Shown here: one piece after another, positions 34,001 through 46,901 of the stretch
Layout: each line of letters opens with the position of its first letter
Numbering within the stretch: position 1 is the stretch's first letter
From: Fimicolochytrium jonesii
Lineage: Eukaryota
DNA length: 64,000 bases
Direction: 5' to 3'
NCBI RefSeq assembly: GCF_025526975.1
Contig: NW_026515681.1
Span: 186,001-250,000, forward strand
Translations under genes and position numbers: made by a program
The notes under the pieces: generated by a model
The model's input: only the letters and a program-made list of their open reading frames with translations
Told to the model about the DNA's origin: nothing
Database searches by the model: none

Positions 34001-37000
34001 CTGTGCTCTTGCGTGCCCTTTTTGACTCGGTAGAGGCCGGAGTAGACTTTGGCGCGGTTGAGCTGCTGGTCGCCCTCGCCGACGGATTGGAAGGCGCAGG
34101 GTTCCGGGTCGTCTTTGGGGTCGTGTTCGAGGATGTCGAGGACGATGCGCGGCGTCGGGCGATTGTTGCCGCTGCCGACGATCATGCCGTCGCAGATAAC
34201 GAACAATAACTGGAAAAAATCACTTCAGTAAGCCATTATCCAACTCAGGCGTCAGTGTGTCGTCCTGCGTTACCTTCCGCGGATCATCATAATCCATACA
34301 AGCCAAACTCTCCAAACTCTTCCTCAAACTCGCCTCGCCCTCCGTATAACACGGCATCTGACAAATCACAAACCGATTCAGCTCCTCCCTCCTCAACTTG
34401 GGCGGAGCCGAAAACTGCATCGCGACCAAAAACTTGATCCCAATAATGCCGATGATCACCATTGAGGATGCCAGCAGCACATAGTTTGAAAACTGGCAGC
34501 CCACGTCGAGCCGGTGGTCCACGATGCCGACGTAGAAGAGGTTGTTCATGCAGCTTTCGATTGCGCGGGCGGATCGGGGGTCGGGGCGGACCACGGTCGC
34601 GATCCAGGAGGAGGTGATGTCGCCGCCTTGGCTGGCCTCGAACAGACGGTCTACGGCGGGGTTGGCGAAGAATCCGGAGGCCTTATAGGTAGTCACGTCG
34701 TACACTTTATCGTAGAGCACGACCCAGGTCTTGTTCACCAGCGGCTGGGCGCGGATGTATTCGGTGTGGTACCCCACGTCGAATTTGGCGGCGGATTGCA
34801 TGACGCTGATGTACGGGCTGTTGGGCTGGCGGTGCTGGAGGAGGTAGTCGATCGGGCGGTGGGCAAGGTTGTCCCACCCGGGCGAAGGCTTCTGGGCGAC
34901 CCCGGGACAGAGCTGGTCGAAGTGGTCAACGCGGTAGAAGAGGCCGGAGATGTCTTTACCGAGGGCGGAGCGGACTTTGCCCATGTCCGCGCCAAAGTTC
35001 TCGTGGCGTTTCATGAGCGAGCTGACTTGGTACGCTTTGCCGTATCCGTAGACGTACGGATCGCCCTCGGTGGTCTTGACTCTTATCTCATCGAGGGATA
35101 GGAGGTTCTGTTTCGGGCATAGAACAAGCGGCAGGCCGATGATGAACAGCAGCAATACCGCACACATCAGGAAGATGATCAGACACAGGGCCAGCTTCTC
35201 CCGCCACGCCATCTGGATATCCTTCTGCTTCATCCTTCCACATATGCTGAGACAGAAAGGGAGGAAGCACCACGTAAGCGACCACGTACAGCACAGCCAT
35301 CGCTTCCGTGTCGCCGACAACGGTTTCTTCGGCTCCGGTTCCTCAAGGATATATTTCGCTTTCTGCGCCGCTTCAGCGACGTTGAGCAACTCGACATCCT
35401 CAGGGCTCTCGAAATCGGCCTCGCTTTCGCTTAAGGTGCCGTCGCCGATCGGTCTGGCGAGCGTGGTGGCGAACTGCGACGGCTGCGCTTTCCAGTACGC
35501 GTCGTTCTCCTCTTCTTCAATCACTCGTAAACGGTCGTGCAGGCTCCGCCACGCCTTCTCCGACAGGAAAACTTTGGTCAACCCGAGGGCCATATGCTCC
35601 TCATTCCAGTCCATCTCCGCCGCAAAATTCTCGCAAATGCTCGCGAAATCCATTTCATCCTCCACATGGAACGCCGCGGATCCCATCAGCAGGGTATGGA
35701 ACCTAGCGATGAACTCCTCGTGCGTGTAATCCGCCGCATAGTCCGCCGCAACCCGCATCTGCACCTGCGTGGCGATATGGTTGTGCGCCAGATCGGTCTT
35801 GAGCACCGCCGCGTCGATTTTCTCGCTCAGCGGTGACTCGCCGGGATCGGCGCAGACGACAAACCAGGGGGATGCGTCGGCGACGGCTGTCATGACTTGG
35901 TCGGTGAGGTTGGCGAACGTGGAGATGGCTGTCGCGGCGTCGCGTTCGTCCTCCGTGTCGTCCTGGAAGAAGAGGTTGCGGACGAACCCGTTCGCGCAGG
36001 CGTTGGAGCGACGGCCCCCGAAGATGGAGGTGATTGTTGAGGACAGGCTTTCGGTGTTGAGCGCGGCGAGGGCCTCGTAGTCGTAGATTGCGGGCGTGTT
36101 GTAGTGGTTGACTTGGAAGGCGCGGTTGCTGCGGCGGGTTTCGTCGACAGCGACGGGGAGGACGAGGTCGTAGGTGTCGAGGATGCCAGCCGGGAGACTC
36201 GGTTCGCGCGAATCCGCCGAACCGTAAAGATAGCGCTGGAGACTCTCATCGTCGACGGTCCTGAGAAGTCCCATATCCCGTGAAAGCAGGTGCTTGGTCG
36301 CCGCCGACGCCTCCTCATGGCTATCCACCGCAAACGACAACACACCTTCATGCCCATACTCCTCACACCGATTACCCAGCCAGTCCAGCATGAAATGGTG
36401 CAACCGCTCATTGACCATATTATACAAGAACCGGTCCATCTCGTTCCCAGCGTCGTGTCTGAAACTCGGCGTCTCAAACACGCGGATACTCGCGGCAACC
36501 TGGTCGTTATAGCTTTTACACAGACACGCGTTGATACGGCGGACGAGCCAGTTGACAAGCTCGGAGTACAGCGTTGCGGCGAGAAAGTTGCGTTGCGCGC
36601 TGGCCATTTGGGCGGTGAGGAAGAGGGACATGCGTTCGTGGCCGATGACTTGGGATTTATAGACGAGGGCTTCGCCGAGAGTCTGTTGGTCAACGCCGAG
36701 GAGATTGGCGACCATGTAGAGGACGTCGCCGTTGACGATGTGGCACGGGTCTTGGGGGCGCGTTTCGTCGTCGGCGAATTGGATGTTTCCTGTGGTGGTG
36801 CACGGACGGGGAGTGTCAGCGAATCACCTCATGATTATCGTTTCGAGCCGATAAGGGCATACTAACCCAGATGAAGAATAGCAGCCAGCAGCTGACACAT
36901 CTGCTTCTGTAACTGAAACCCAATCCGCAGCCTCTTCAACGCCTACAAACCCACCACATCAGCAAAAGCCCCCTTTCACCCCACCCCTCCCTCACTCCTC

Positions 37001-38070
37001 CGCCAACTCACCTTCTGCAACTCCCTAAAAACCTTCATATCATCACTTGCAGTATGGAAGAACGGCGACCCCTGCAAGTATTTGAACTGAGCCGCATCAT
37101 GCAGCTTCCAGCGCACTTTCTCCTCGGGGGAGGCGCCGGCGAGGAGGTAATAGAAGACGGGGAAGTTTTCTTCGCCAGGGGTCGAGCCGGCTGTGAAGCG
37201 GGATTTGTCGACTTGGTAGGCGATGGTGCCGACGCCGACGAGCTGTGGGAAAGGGAGGTGGGGAATGTGAGTAGCTGTTGGTGAGCGAGGGGTGGGATGA
37301 CGGAGGTTGTGACGTACCTTCCAGGAATGGTCGTACTGGTACTCGACGTATTTGCAGACGAGGGAGGCGCAGCGGCTTCTAAGTGTTCGTGCGCTATCCA
37401 AATCGCGGGAGTGTAAGCTCAAGATTGTCACCATCAGCAAATGAGTCCCATCTTGATGTTTGAACCCACCAAGTAAAAGCCTCAAAAACCGGATCCATCA
37501 TAGTAGCCGCCAACAGAATCTTCTGATCCTCCGTATCCTCAGTATTCGTCGACAGCATCAACAGCTGCCACGTGAACAGTTTCCGAATCTCGGCCTTCTC
37601 CGATGCCGCGCCGCCGAGGAAGATGACGGACTGGTTGCGGAAATCGCGCGCCATGTGGTAGAAGCATGATGCGGCCATGTCGAAGACGTGTGGCGGGAGC
37701 TCTTGCTTGTCGGGCGTGGTGTCGATGATCCATTTGGCGTAGTCGGCTGCTACTTCTGCCGATGACCTACTTCAGTGGTGGAGAAGATTGGGATGACATT
37801 AGAAGAGACATCGACAGGGATCACTACGCGTGCCCGACGGAATCAAACATCCCGACAAACATCACACAATACATACTCCTGCAACAACCCCGACCCGCCA
37901 ACAACCAACAGCGCATTCTCCCCGATCTTCGTGAAGAAATCCCCGTTATTGTATCGTTTGCGCACGGTGTAGAGGACATTGTCGAGCGTCGGGGAGACAA
38001 GTTTCGTGAGGTAATCAGAGTGATCTCGTTGCTCGCTTGATGTTTTTATTTGTTGGCTTGACCGGGACAT
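31036..38070 (-). CDS. Chitin synthase with N-terminal myosin motor-like domain (class V/VII type), cytochrome b5-like region and C-terminal DEK domain
   Basis: PCYTEGE, GNRGKRDSQ, QVYEYFISHHL, VTCLPGCF, EDRFLTT and QRRRWINST. Myosin-like N-terminal exons; C-terminal PTDQMIVAEVRRIV...DL..ISKKSVR. Multiple introns. Confidence 0.95.
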
Positions 38071-39903
38071 GTTGAATAGGGGGCAAAGTGGGTGGATCAA
38101 TGGAGAGGGGGTTGCCGCAGCTGCTTTACCGTTTCCTATATGAACGGCGGTGGGAGAAGACGCGTGGGAAGGTCAGAAAGTGTATGGACATCTTACTACC
38201 CAGCGTCCCACGCCCATTGCCACCTTCGGCATTGGGGCTTTTTCCAAACTCACCTTCAGTGAGAAACGACGTTCCCAGATACACCGCAGCGGACGGGAAG
38301 TTCAAAGGACGGAGACTGCTCTCCTCAACAAACTGAGACTACCTCGAGGATGCACCCAAGATGACTTCCCTTGCAAGCCCACGATGGCCGTCTATCAGAG
38401 TGCCCTTTACGGAAGTCGCCTTTCTGGGAAGCAGAAAACGCTCCCGGATAAAGAGGGCTTTTCTTCACGCAGTGCAGTACCAGCCGGAGCTCTTTCCCAC
38501 GCCATGCCATCCATATCCATCCCCCATATATATAGTGAGTGATATGAACATAAGCGCCTGTGACCGCTGACCATGTGGATCTGCCTGCGTGGATGAGAGC
38601 GGGACGAGCGAGCGAGAGGGTCCTTTCCCTTCCCTCCATCGCCATTCACGCTCGTGGCGGGGCGTAACCCGCCCGTCCCTGCTTTTTTTCTCCCGTATCT
38701 TTTGGCTTCCAGAGAGAGGGAGGGAGGGAAAACGCAATCGCATGTGGTGTCGTTGCGGCTCGCGTTTTTGTGTTGCGCCGCGCGCTGGCGGGCTTCTGGC
38801 GTGAGCATATCTAGTTGGTACCCACAGCGCACATCGCACACTCATCATTCATCCTCCTAATCGATGGCATTCCATTGTGCAAAGGAGGTTCTACCCCCGT
38901 CCTCCGATAACGGAAGGACCTTGCACACGAAAAGGGGGAAATGGCTTGATTTTGGACTTTGAATGGAAGAAAGGGGCGTGATGTTGAAAGTCTCGACTCC
39001 AGACTCCGGGATTCAACGGAGATACCAGCATTCTTGCTGTGGTCAACATGTGCCTCATTTGGTGTTCTTCTTTCGCGCTCCGAATGCCTCCGATTCTGCG
39101 GCGACAGTCACAGGGATCAATGCCCCACCGTGCACAGAGTGCAATCCGAGCGCAGTGGATGGCAGTACAGTCAGGGTCCATAGACCTGTGCCCCCTGGCT
39201 GTAACTACAGTATGTTGGCCGTTGAGCCGCCAGTGCTGTCTTTGTGCCGTGCATGCATGCCTGCGAATGTCGGTTATGCCAGCCGGTGCTTCTGGGTGCT
39301 TGCCAGTTAGGGTTCTTTCTTCCGCAGGTGGAAGGCGCGTTTGACAGCGGGAGGGAGGGTTAGGGTTAGCGCTGGGCGGATTCCCTGCGGCGATGTCATA
39401 CCAACCGCACTGCGAGGCCCCCCTCAAGCAGAAAGAAGCATCGCCGAACCGCAACCTCACACAGCCAAACGACCTCCGTTGCAATATCTCGGTGCGCTTT
39501 CAGCTGAGGCTTCTCACACTACTCATTCTGTTGGGAAGGTGTCCAAAGCCGGTCTTGCACTAGGTTCGTCGGACGCGAGTTCCATTAGCAGCAACCCCGC
39601 CATCCAGACCAAATAGGAAGCCTTCAAGTGCGACCTTCTTCGACTTTGTGCAAAGGAAATTCATACAGAGACGTCCACTCGAACCTCGGAGCTTCCACCA
39701 CAATCCAATCCAGTCACCAGCACGGGTAAATCTACACGCATCTTGCAGCACCGACGGCGGAGCTTGGAAACACTGCGAAGAAGAGGCTGCGAAACGTATA
39801 TACGCTCCCTTGCATCTTGCATATCCGACGACATTCTTTTGGGGAGGCTACATAGGTGGAAGTATTGGACATAATCTGCCTGGCATAGGTGCTTCGTTTT
39901 GCG

Positions 39904-41849
39904 ATGGATGCGACGCGCGAATGGTTGCGAGGCGTGCTGGGACCTGTGAGTGTTGGGGCTCGTCATGACTGTCGGACGGGAGATGGGCACTTAGGAGTAC
40001 GCTCGCCGAGTCGCGCAATCTTCTCATGGCTAACCACCGATTTCTATCCAACGCCATAGTATCATAGCCGCGAGAGAGTATTTCGCGACGCAGACTCGGT
40101 CCTAGTCACATACAACGGTCTGGCACCCAAAACGGATACCTACAGTAAGGATCCCTTTGAAGCACACGCTTCCCGTTTATCTTTCTCGCAAGCGAGAACT
40201 GACACTCCCAATTCAGCTCACGAAGACGGGCGAACCCTCGTCCTGCTATGTCTGCACGGGACAATACCCATCAAATTCCGGAATGTGACCTACAACATCC
40301 CGATAGCAGCCTGGGTGCCATATGCCTACCCAACGCAGCCACCAATATGCTTCGTGACGCCCACCTCGTCGATGCTGGTGCGGGCCAGTAAACATGTGGA
40401 TTTGAGCGGGAAGATATATCACCCCTATTTGGCGTATTGGCATATGAATACAGAGGTGGGTTTGGGGGCGGAAGAAACCGAAGCGCCGTGTGTGGCTATG
40501 ATGAATTTCAAATGGACGATTGCTAATTCTGCTGACTTGTTCAGGAGTCGAATCTGTTGACATTCATGCATGTCCTGCAGGACATCTTCGCCGCGGAACC
40601 CCCCGTCTACACGAAACCAAGCAATGCCGCCCCAACACCACAACAACCACCCGCGCAAACGGGTCAGAATTACGGACCGCCAGGGTACTCAGCATCCCCA
40701 ACACCATCCAACCCCAACGTGGGGTCTCAACAAAGCGGATATCCCCCACAGCGGCCCCAGCAACATCCCCAACAGCAGCAGCAGCAAATGTACACCCAAC
40801 ACCCCCCCTCCCATCCCCAACAGCAGCAACAACAGCAACAACAATATCAAAACCAAAACCCCGCCCTACCCCCTCAAGTCCTCATGCCCGACCCCCGCCG
40901 CCACACAACCCCACCTCCCTCCCAACACACCCAACAACAACCCCCACCTATCCCCCCACCCCCCGCCTACCCCACCTCCCGCGACGGCAGCCCCCACCCC
41001 ACCCGTCTCCCCCACACGCCACCACCACCCCTCCCTCACAAACCCCTCGCAGCAACCCTTGACGGCCAAGCCTACCAGCACGCGACCGACGAACGCGCGC
41101 AAAAATTACAGAACGCGAAGGAAGCCGTCCGCGTGAAGTTACGAGAGAAAGAAAGGGAGTTCCAGAACCAGGTGCCGCCCGAGATTGAACGGTTGTTGCA
41201 TGTGAATCGGAAATTGGGGGAGGGGGCGAGGAGGGTGGAGGATTCGCTGGTCAGGTCTGCTGAGCGGGAGGTTCGTACGAAGTATTTGTTTTTTTTTTTT
41301 GCTTTCCCCATTCGAACGGAGGCCGGAGCCGGAGTTGCGTATGCCATGTATATCTGACTCGTTTTGTGATTTGGTTTCCCACAGCAAGAAATAAAACAAA
41401 CGATCGAATCCCTCAAAACCCAAAACGAGACAACCGCGCAACACCTCACCGAGCTTCGCGCGCAGCCGGACGCGAATGTGGATGAGCTGCTTGTTCCGCC
41501 TACCGTTGTGCATAAACAGTGCGTTCTTCATTTTCGCACGCAAGCGCGAAGCGCGAGGCGAATTCTGGGACTTGATCACTGATCTGTGGTTTTTGGTGCA
41601 GGTTGATGGACCTCGTAGCAGAGGACCACGCGATCGACGACACTTTATACTACCTCGCCAAAGCGCTTGATGCGGAGCGGGTGGAGTTGAATGCCTACAT
41701 GAAGGTATGTCTTGCATACGTATATTCGGGGTGTTTATGGGGTGCGGGGTGGTTAAATGTTTTTTTTTGTTTAGGCGGTGAGGACGCTTGCGAGGGAACA
41801 GTTTATGAAACGCGCGCTGGTGGGGAAGGTTCGGGGTGTGCTTGGGTGA
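39904..41849 (+). CDS. VPS23: ESCRT-I subunit Vps23/TSG101
   Basis: MDATREWLR first exon, UEV domain (LHGTIPIKFRNVTYNIPI...YPTQPP...G.IYHPYL), Q/P-rich linker, coiled coil and steadiness box AEDHAIDDTLYYL...RTLAREQFMKRAL. Confidence 0.95.
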
Positions 41850-42609
41850 GGCGCCGGCAAAACGGGTGCTGAGGATGGAAACGGAAACGGAAACGGAATG
41901 GGTGGATGGAGCAGCGGGGACGGGGACGGGCTTCTACGAACGTGGGGGCGATGCGATGCGATGGCCCGCCCATGGATGGCTGCCTGCTCGCAGGATCTAC
42001 CCTCGACGTCCGGTCTCCACGCCCCTCCCCCAACCCCGCCGCTCTCGGAGAAATCCCTCACGTCCCAACATCTGCGTAATCCGTAATCCACCCGCCTTCG
42101 AGGGCTCCTCCACCTAACCTCGTGCATCGCATTACCTCCCCATCCTGCCCCCCCACTCGCACACGCACACTCCGCTGAGACATACGTATATATACATACA
42201 CACTGGCAAATGTCATATATGCATAGACGGTCGTAACATGGTGGGCGTGGGGATGACTGCATAAACTGCTGTTGGGGCACCGACGTCGCCTTCCCCCTAT
42301 TTCGTTATTGACGGAAATCTTCGGCAGTGTTATCCGGCCGGTGTGAAGTGAAAATGAAAAGTAACCAATGACATCGCAACACCGGCATATGATACTGTAT
42401 TTCTTTCATATTCGCATTCCGATGTGCAAAAGTGATCGCGGAGTTGAGTCCAAATCCCCAGAGTTGTTCCTGAACGGTACGGGGGTGGGGTGTATATCCA
42501 AAAGTCACGAAAGTCACGAATACGAAAACAAAACAATTGTCTCGGGGAGAATCCCGACCGCCAATCCCGCCCAGCGGGCCATCGGCTAACTACGAGACCC
42601 TCAACCCAC

Positions 42610-45600
42610 CTAACTCCTCTTCTCCCCATGTGCCCCACCACCACTACTCCCCGTATGCCAACTACTCCCCAACCCCGTCGCACCACCAGGGGCACCCGGG
42701 TGATTGATCGAGTGCAGGCTTTGTTTCCTGCTAGGCCTCGAAAGCGTGCGCCGCAGTGATCGGCGGCGGATCATGTCCAACTCCGCGTCGACGGGGTTGG
42801 TATGGGTGCCTCCGTTGGATTGTTCGTAGCCTTTGAAATCGAGGAAGGGTCAGTTTAGGTGGGAGGAGATAGGGGCGGAGGGAGGGGGTTAATACAGTTA
42901 CGTACCACTATACCCCTGCGGATTCGCATCCCTGATAAGTCTCAGGAACACCTCCTCGAGTGTCGTCTGGGAGATTCCCCACGCTTTGACCCACCACGGG
43001 CCCGACTGCTCTTTCCCATTCTCACCTTGCTGTGCAGCCGCAGCAGCAGGATCGACATTCTCGTCACTCCCCTCCAAGAACGCAATAAACCGCTGCAACT
43101 CCTCCTGACCCTCGCTCCTCGGGCCCCCACGACCCGCTCCTGCAGGGCCAGACGGGAACTGGTACAACAGCGCGCCGGCCGAGTCGTCCTCCAACACCGC
43201 CGTGGGTGCCATGTTGGCGATAACCCCCTTCGCGTAAGCCGAGTGTTCCGGGTCAACGATGATCGACACCCTATACCCGGTCCCATGCTGACTCTTCAAC
43301 GTAATCGACGACCCAATCGCTCTCAACCGTCCATGCGCCATAATCGCGATCCTATCCCCAAGGACATCCGCCTCCTCCATCGAATGGGTGGTAAGCACAA
43401 TCACACGCCCGCGTTTGAATTTCTCGATGAATTCCCACACATGCCGGCGGTTGACGGGGTCCATGCCCGTGGTGGGCTCGTCCATGAAGATGATTTTGGG
43501 GTCGCCGATGGTGGAGATGACGAGGGACAGGCGGCGTTTCATGCCGCCGGAGAAGGTGCCCGAGCGTTGGTTGCGGACTTTGTAGAGGCGGACGGCGGTG
43601 AGGCGGGATTCGACGAGGGTGTCCCAGGTGGAAGGGTCGACGCCTTTGAGGCCCGCGTAGAGGCGGATGTGCTCTTCGGCCGTTAGGTCGTCGAAGAGGA
43701 TCTGTGGACGACGATGTCAGCGTCTGCACGAGAAATCCTTGTCAAATTCATTTCCACCTACATCATGCTGCAAACAAACACCCAAAATTTCCCTGATATC
43801 CGGGGTCTGGTCCCTCACGCTAAACCCATACATCAACGCATCTCCGCTAGTCGGCGGGGTCAAACCGGTCAGGATATTCATCGACGTGGATTTTCCCGCA
43901 CCGTTCTGGCCGAGCAGGGCGAGCAGCTTGCCTTCCTCAAATGTGAGGCACAGGTTGCGCACGGCGACCTTGTCCGTTTTGGATTTGAACCAGCCGTTTT
44001 GGTACACTTTGCGCAGGTTGACGATTTGGAGGGCTGGATGGTAGGCTGCAAAATCGGAAATGAAAGGGAACGCAAAGTAAGTCGACCAAGACGTGAGCGC
44101 ACACATTGAAGCTCTCACGTATTCCCGAAAACTCACCATCATCCAAAGCCCTCCTCCTCTCCTCCGCCACATCCCTCGGCTCCCCCTCCACCGTATCCCT
44201 CACCTTCGCCCCCTTCTGCCGTTTCAACCATGCCACCGGATCCTGCTGCTTGCCTCTGCGTCCCGTAACCCCCCAGTAACTCGGGGTCAAAAAGAACCAC
44301 GGCGGGCGCGTCCACCCAAACTCATCGGGAATCACACTGTCAAAGTACCACGTCAATACGCCGTAGAACAGGATGTTCATGAGGAGGAAGTGCCAGCTCT
44401 GGATGGGCGCCGGGACGTCGGGGACGGAGCCGGAGCCGTAGGTGGGGAGAAGGTCCTTTGGGAGTTTTTGGTTGAGGGTGGACCAGGCGAAGCCCGGGCC
44501 CGGGATGGCGGTGTTGGTGAGGGTGTCGACGCGGCCGGTGGTGTAGGTGGTGATGTCGAGAAACATTTTGCCGCTGTGGGGGGTAGAGGTCGGGGTAAGT
44601 GATGTGACACGGTGGGGTTGATGTTCTCACAATGAGGAGTATGGAACTTACAAGTTGAAGAATGGGAAAAATATCAGAACTGCGAAAGTGGAAAGCGGAA
44701 GATGTCAGTGTTTCGGGACAGTGGACCCACTGGATGCGGAGTAAGCAAACGACCCTCAGACCACCGCTTACCTTTCCAAGCAATGGGGCTCGTCCCAGAG
44801 TCCCACCAAATATACCCCACAAAGCTGCTACTAAACACGAAGCTCTCAAACAGCAGCCCAATGATAAACACAAAGATCCCAATCAAGATCGCGACCCTGG
44901 CCTTCCTCACAAACGTCGTGATAAAGAAAGCGAGCATCATCATACCCTCGCCAAACAAAAAGAAGGTGATCAGAATAACCGCAAAGTTCGTGTTCTTGAA
45001 CGCAAAGAAGTTGCAGATGAGTCCAAATATTCCCGTGACGAGGGCGCCGACGGCGATGAGGAGGGAGTTGGAAAGAAACTGGGAGAACCAGTACACGGAG
45101 GGCTTGAGGCCCATCATCTCCATGCCGTGACGGAGTTTGGCTTCCTTCTCGGTGACGATCAGGTTGAGGATGTTGATGAAGATGACCATCTCTGAGCAGA
45201 AGAAGAAGACGGGGCCGAGGGATTGGATGATGATGTCGGAGGTGGTTTTGGGAGGGATTAGGGGCCAGTCTTTGATGCTCACGTCCAGTGTGGCGGATTG
45301 AGCGTTCAATACCGAGACTGTGAAGGGGGGAATCAAGTGCCATGCATCAGCGTCCTTTTCCCAATGAGTAGAATCGGTATAACAGAGCAAGACATACTAA
45401 TAGCCTCGTCAATTCCTCTCATTAGCGCAACAAGTTGCCGTCCATAGATATCCGTCCCGTTCGCCACATTGGACGAGTTGAACCAGACCTGGTACGCAAA
45501 GTTGCGCGGCGGGCCAACGGTGTCAGTGAAGTTGATACCCCACGCGGTCACGTTCGGCGTGACCAGGGAGTACTCGTACACGAAATCCTGGTTGGCGACG

Positions 45601-46206
45601 GGGATGATGCCCATTTTGCGGGTGGGTTTGAATTTGACGTCCGTGAGGGCTGTTTCCACGGCGAACGCTGCTTCGCCGGTTCGCGCGGCGTTCTTGGCTG
45701 CGAAGGTTGCCATGACGCTGTTGATGTCGGGGCTTTGGGGTGTGTACATAATGTTGATGCATGGGCTGTCTGGATCCTTGCCCTGAACACGGATGATTTG
45801 AGCGTCAGCCCGGCTATCGAGCCATTCGGTGCGGCGAGCCACATCAGTCCATACCTGACAGTTGTAAACCCCTTGTAACGGGGCCTCAAATGGATCAAGA
45901 ACCTCCTTCCTCTGGTTCGCATTGGAAGCCTGCTGCAAGACCAGCAACAGCAGCATAAACACGATCGGAGCAACGATACATTGACTCACTGTCGATTTGG
46001 TATATCTTATCTATGGGAGACCAAAATCCATTACGAAAAGTCGTATCGCCGCCAATTGACGCAGCATGGGCATGACTCGACTTTCTTACTTGCAAGATAG
46101 TGTTCCGTTTCAGCATGATAAACAGCTGGTTTATGATAGTCGAGAACCAGTTGCGCTTGACGATCGTCGAGCCGGGCACGGCCGCCCCTGCGTCGCTGCT
46201 ACTCAT
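42610..46206 (-). CDS. Half-size ABCA transporter (one TMD plus one NBD)
   Basis: QLFIMLKRNTILQ, IVTEKEAKLRHGMEMMGL, GQNGAGKST, FSGGMKRRLS, MDEPTTGMDP, LTTHSMEEAD and QTTLEEVFL; multi-exon. Confidence 0.92.
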
Positions 46207-46901
46207 GACCGTCGAGATGGCTCCTCTGGGAGGGTGCAATGTGGTTTCGGAAGGCGGAGGTGCCGCAACACGCTAGCGTTGATAGTTCGGCGGCGTTTCC
46301 TATTATGCAGCGCTCGGTCGGATATGTCCTAGGTCTTTCGCTATCCAGGTGGCCCACAAATTGCGAGGTAATGGGTGGCTCACGCAAACACCGTCAAACA
46401 AGACGAGACAACGGACTAGCTGCTCTTCAAGACAGAATGACCTCAGAGACGCTGCTTTGAGACGCTCCGCTATATAAGGCGCTGCTGTTGAGCGGTTGCA
46501 AACGTGGTCGTCCCAATGTGCACCTGAAAGTCTGTGCTTCCGTGGCGCCTTGTTGCCGCGGACGACTTGTTGCGACGACTTGGCAAAGCGGTGACAAACG
46601 TGGAAGAAACTCAAACGAAGCGAAGGCACCCACTCCCGACATCTTGCGCTGGCACCCACTCACAAGCGTCAGCTAACAAGCGAACGTCACTGGCCAGAAG
46701 CTTCGGGCTGTGGGTCAGCTGTGGGTTCGCTGACCTCAGGCAATAAGTGCGTATATTTGTGGTTGTCCTCTCGGGATTCCAAAGCAGCAGGTGCGTAATG
46801 GCATGCGGTTTCCGGCGTTTGACATCTGCGGCCTTCATATTTGAACACTGGGTTCTGCCAGAGCGCCTTCTTCACTTCCAATCGTTCGATTGTCTAAGCA
46901 T

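Noticed and set aside
38100..39900. Short ORFs in the 1.8-kb chitin synthase/VPS23 intergenic region
   Set aside because: No motifs or coherent exon structure; treated as promoter or UTR.
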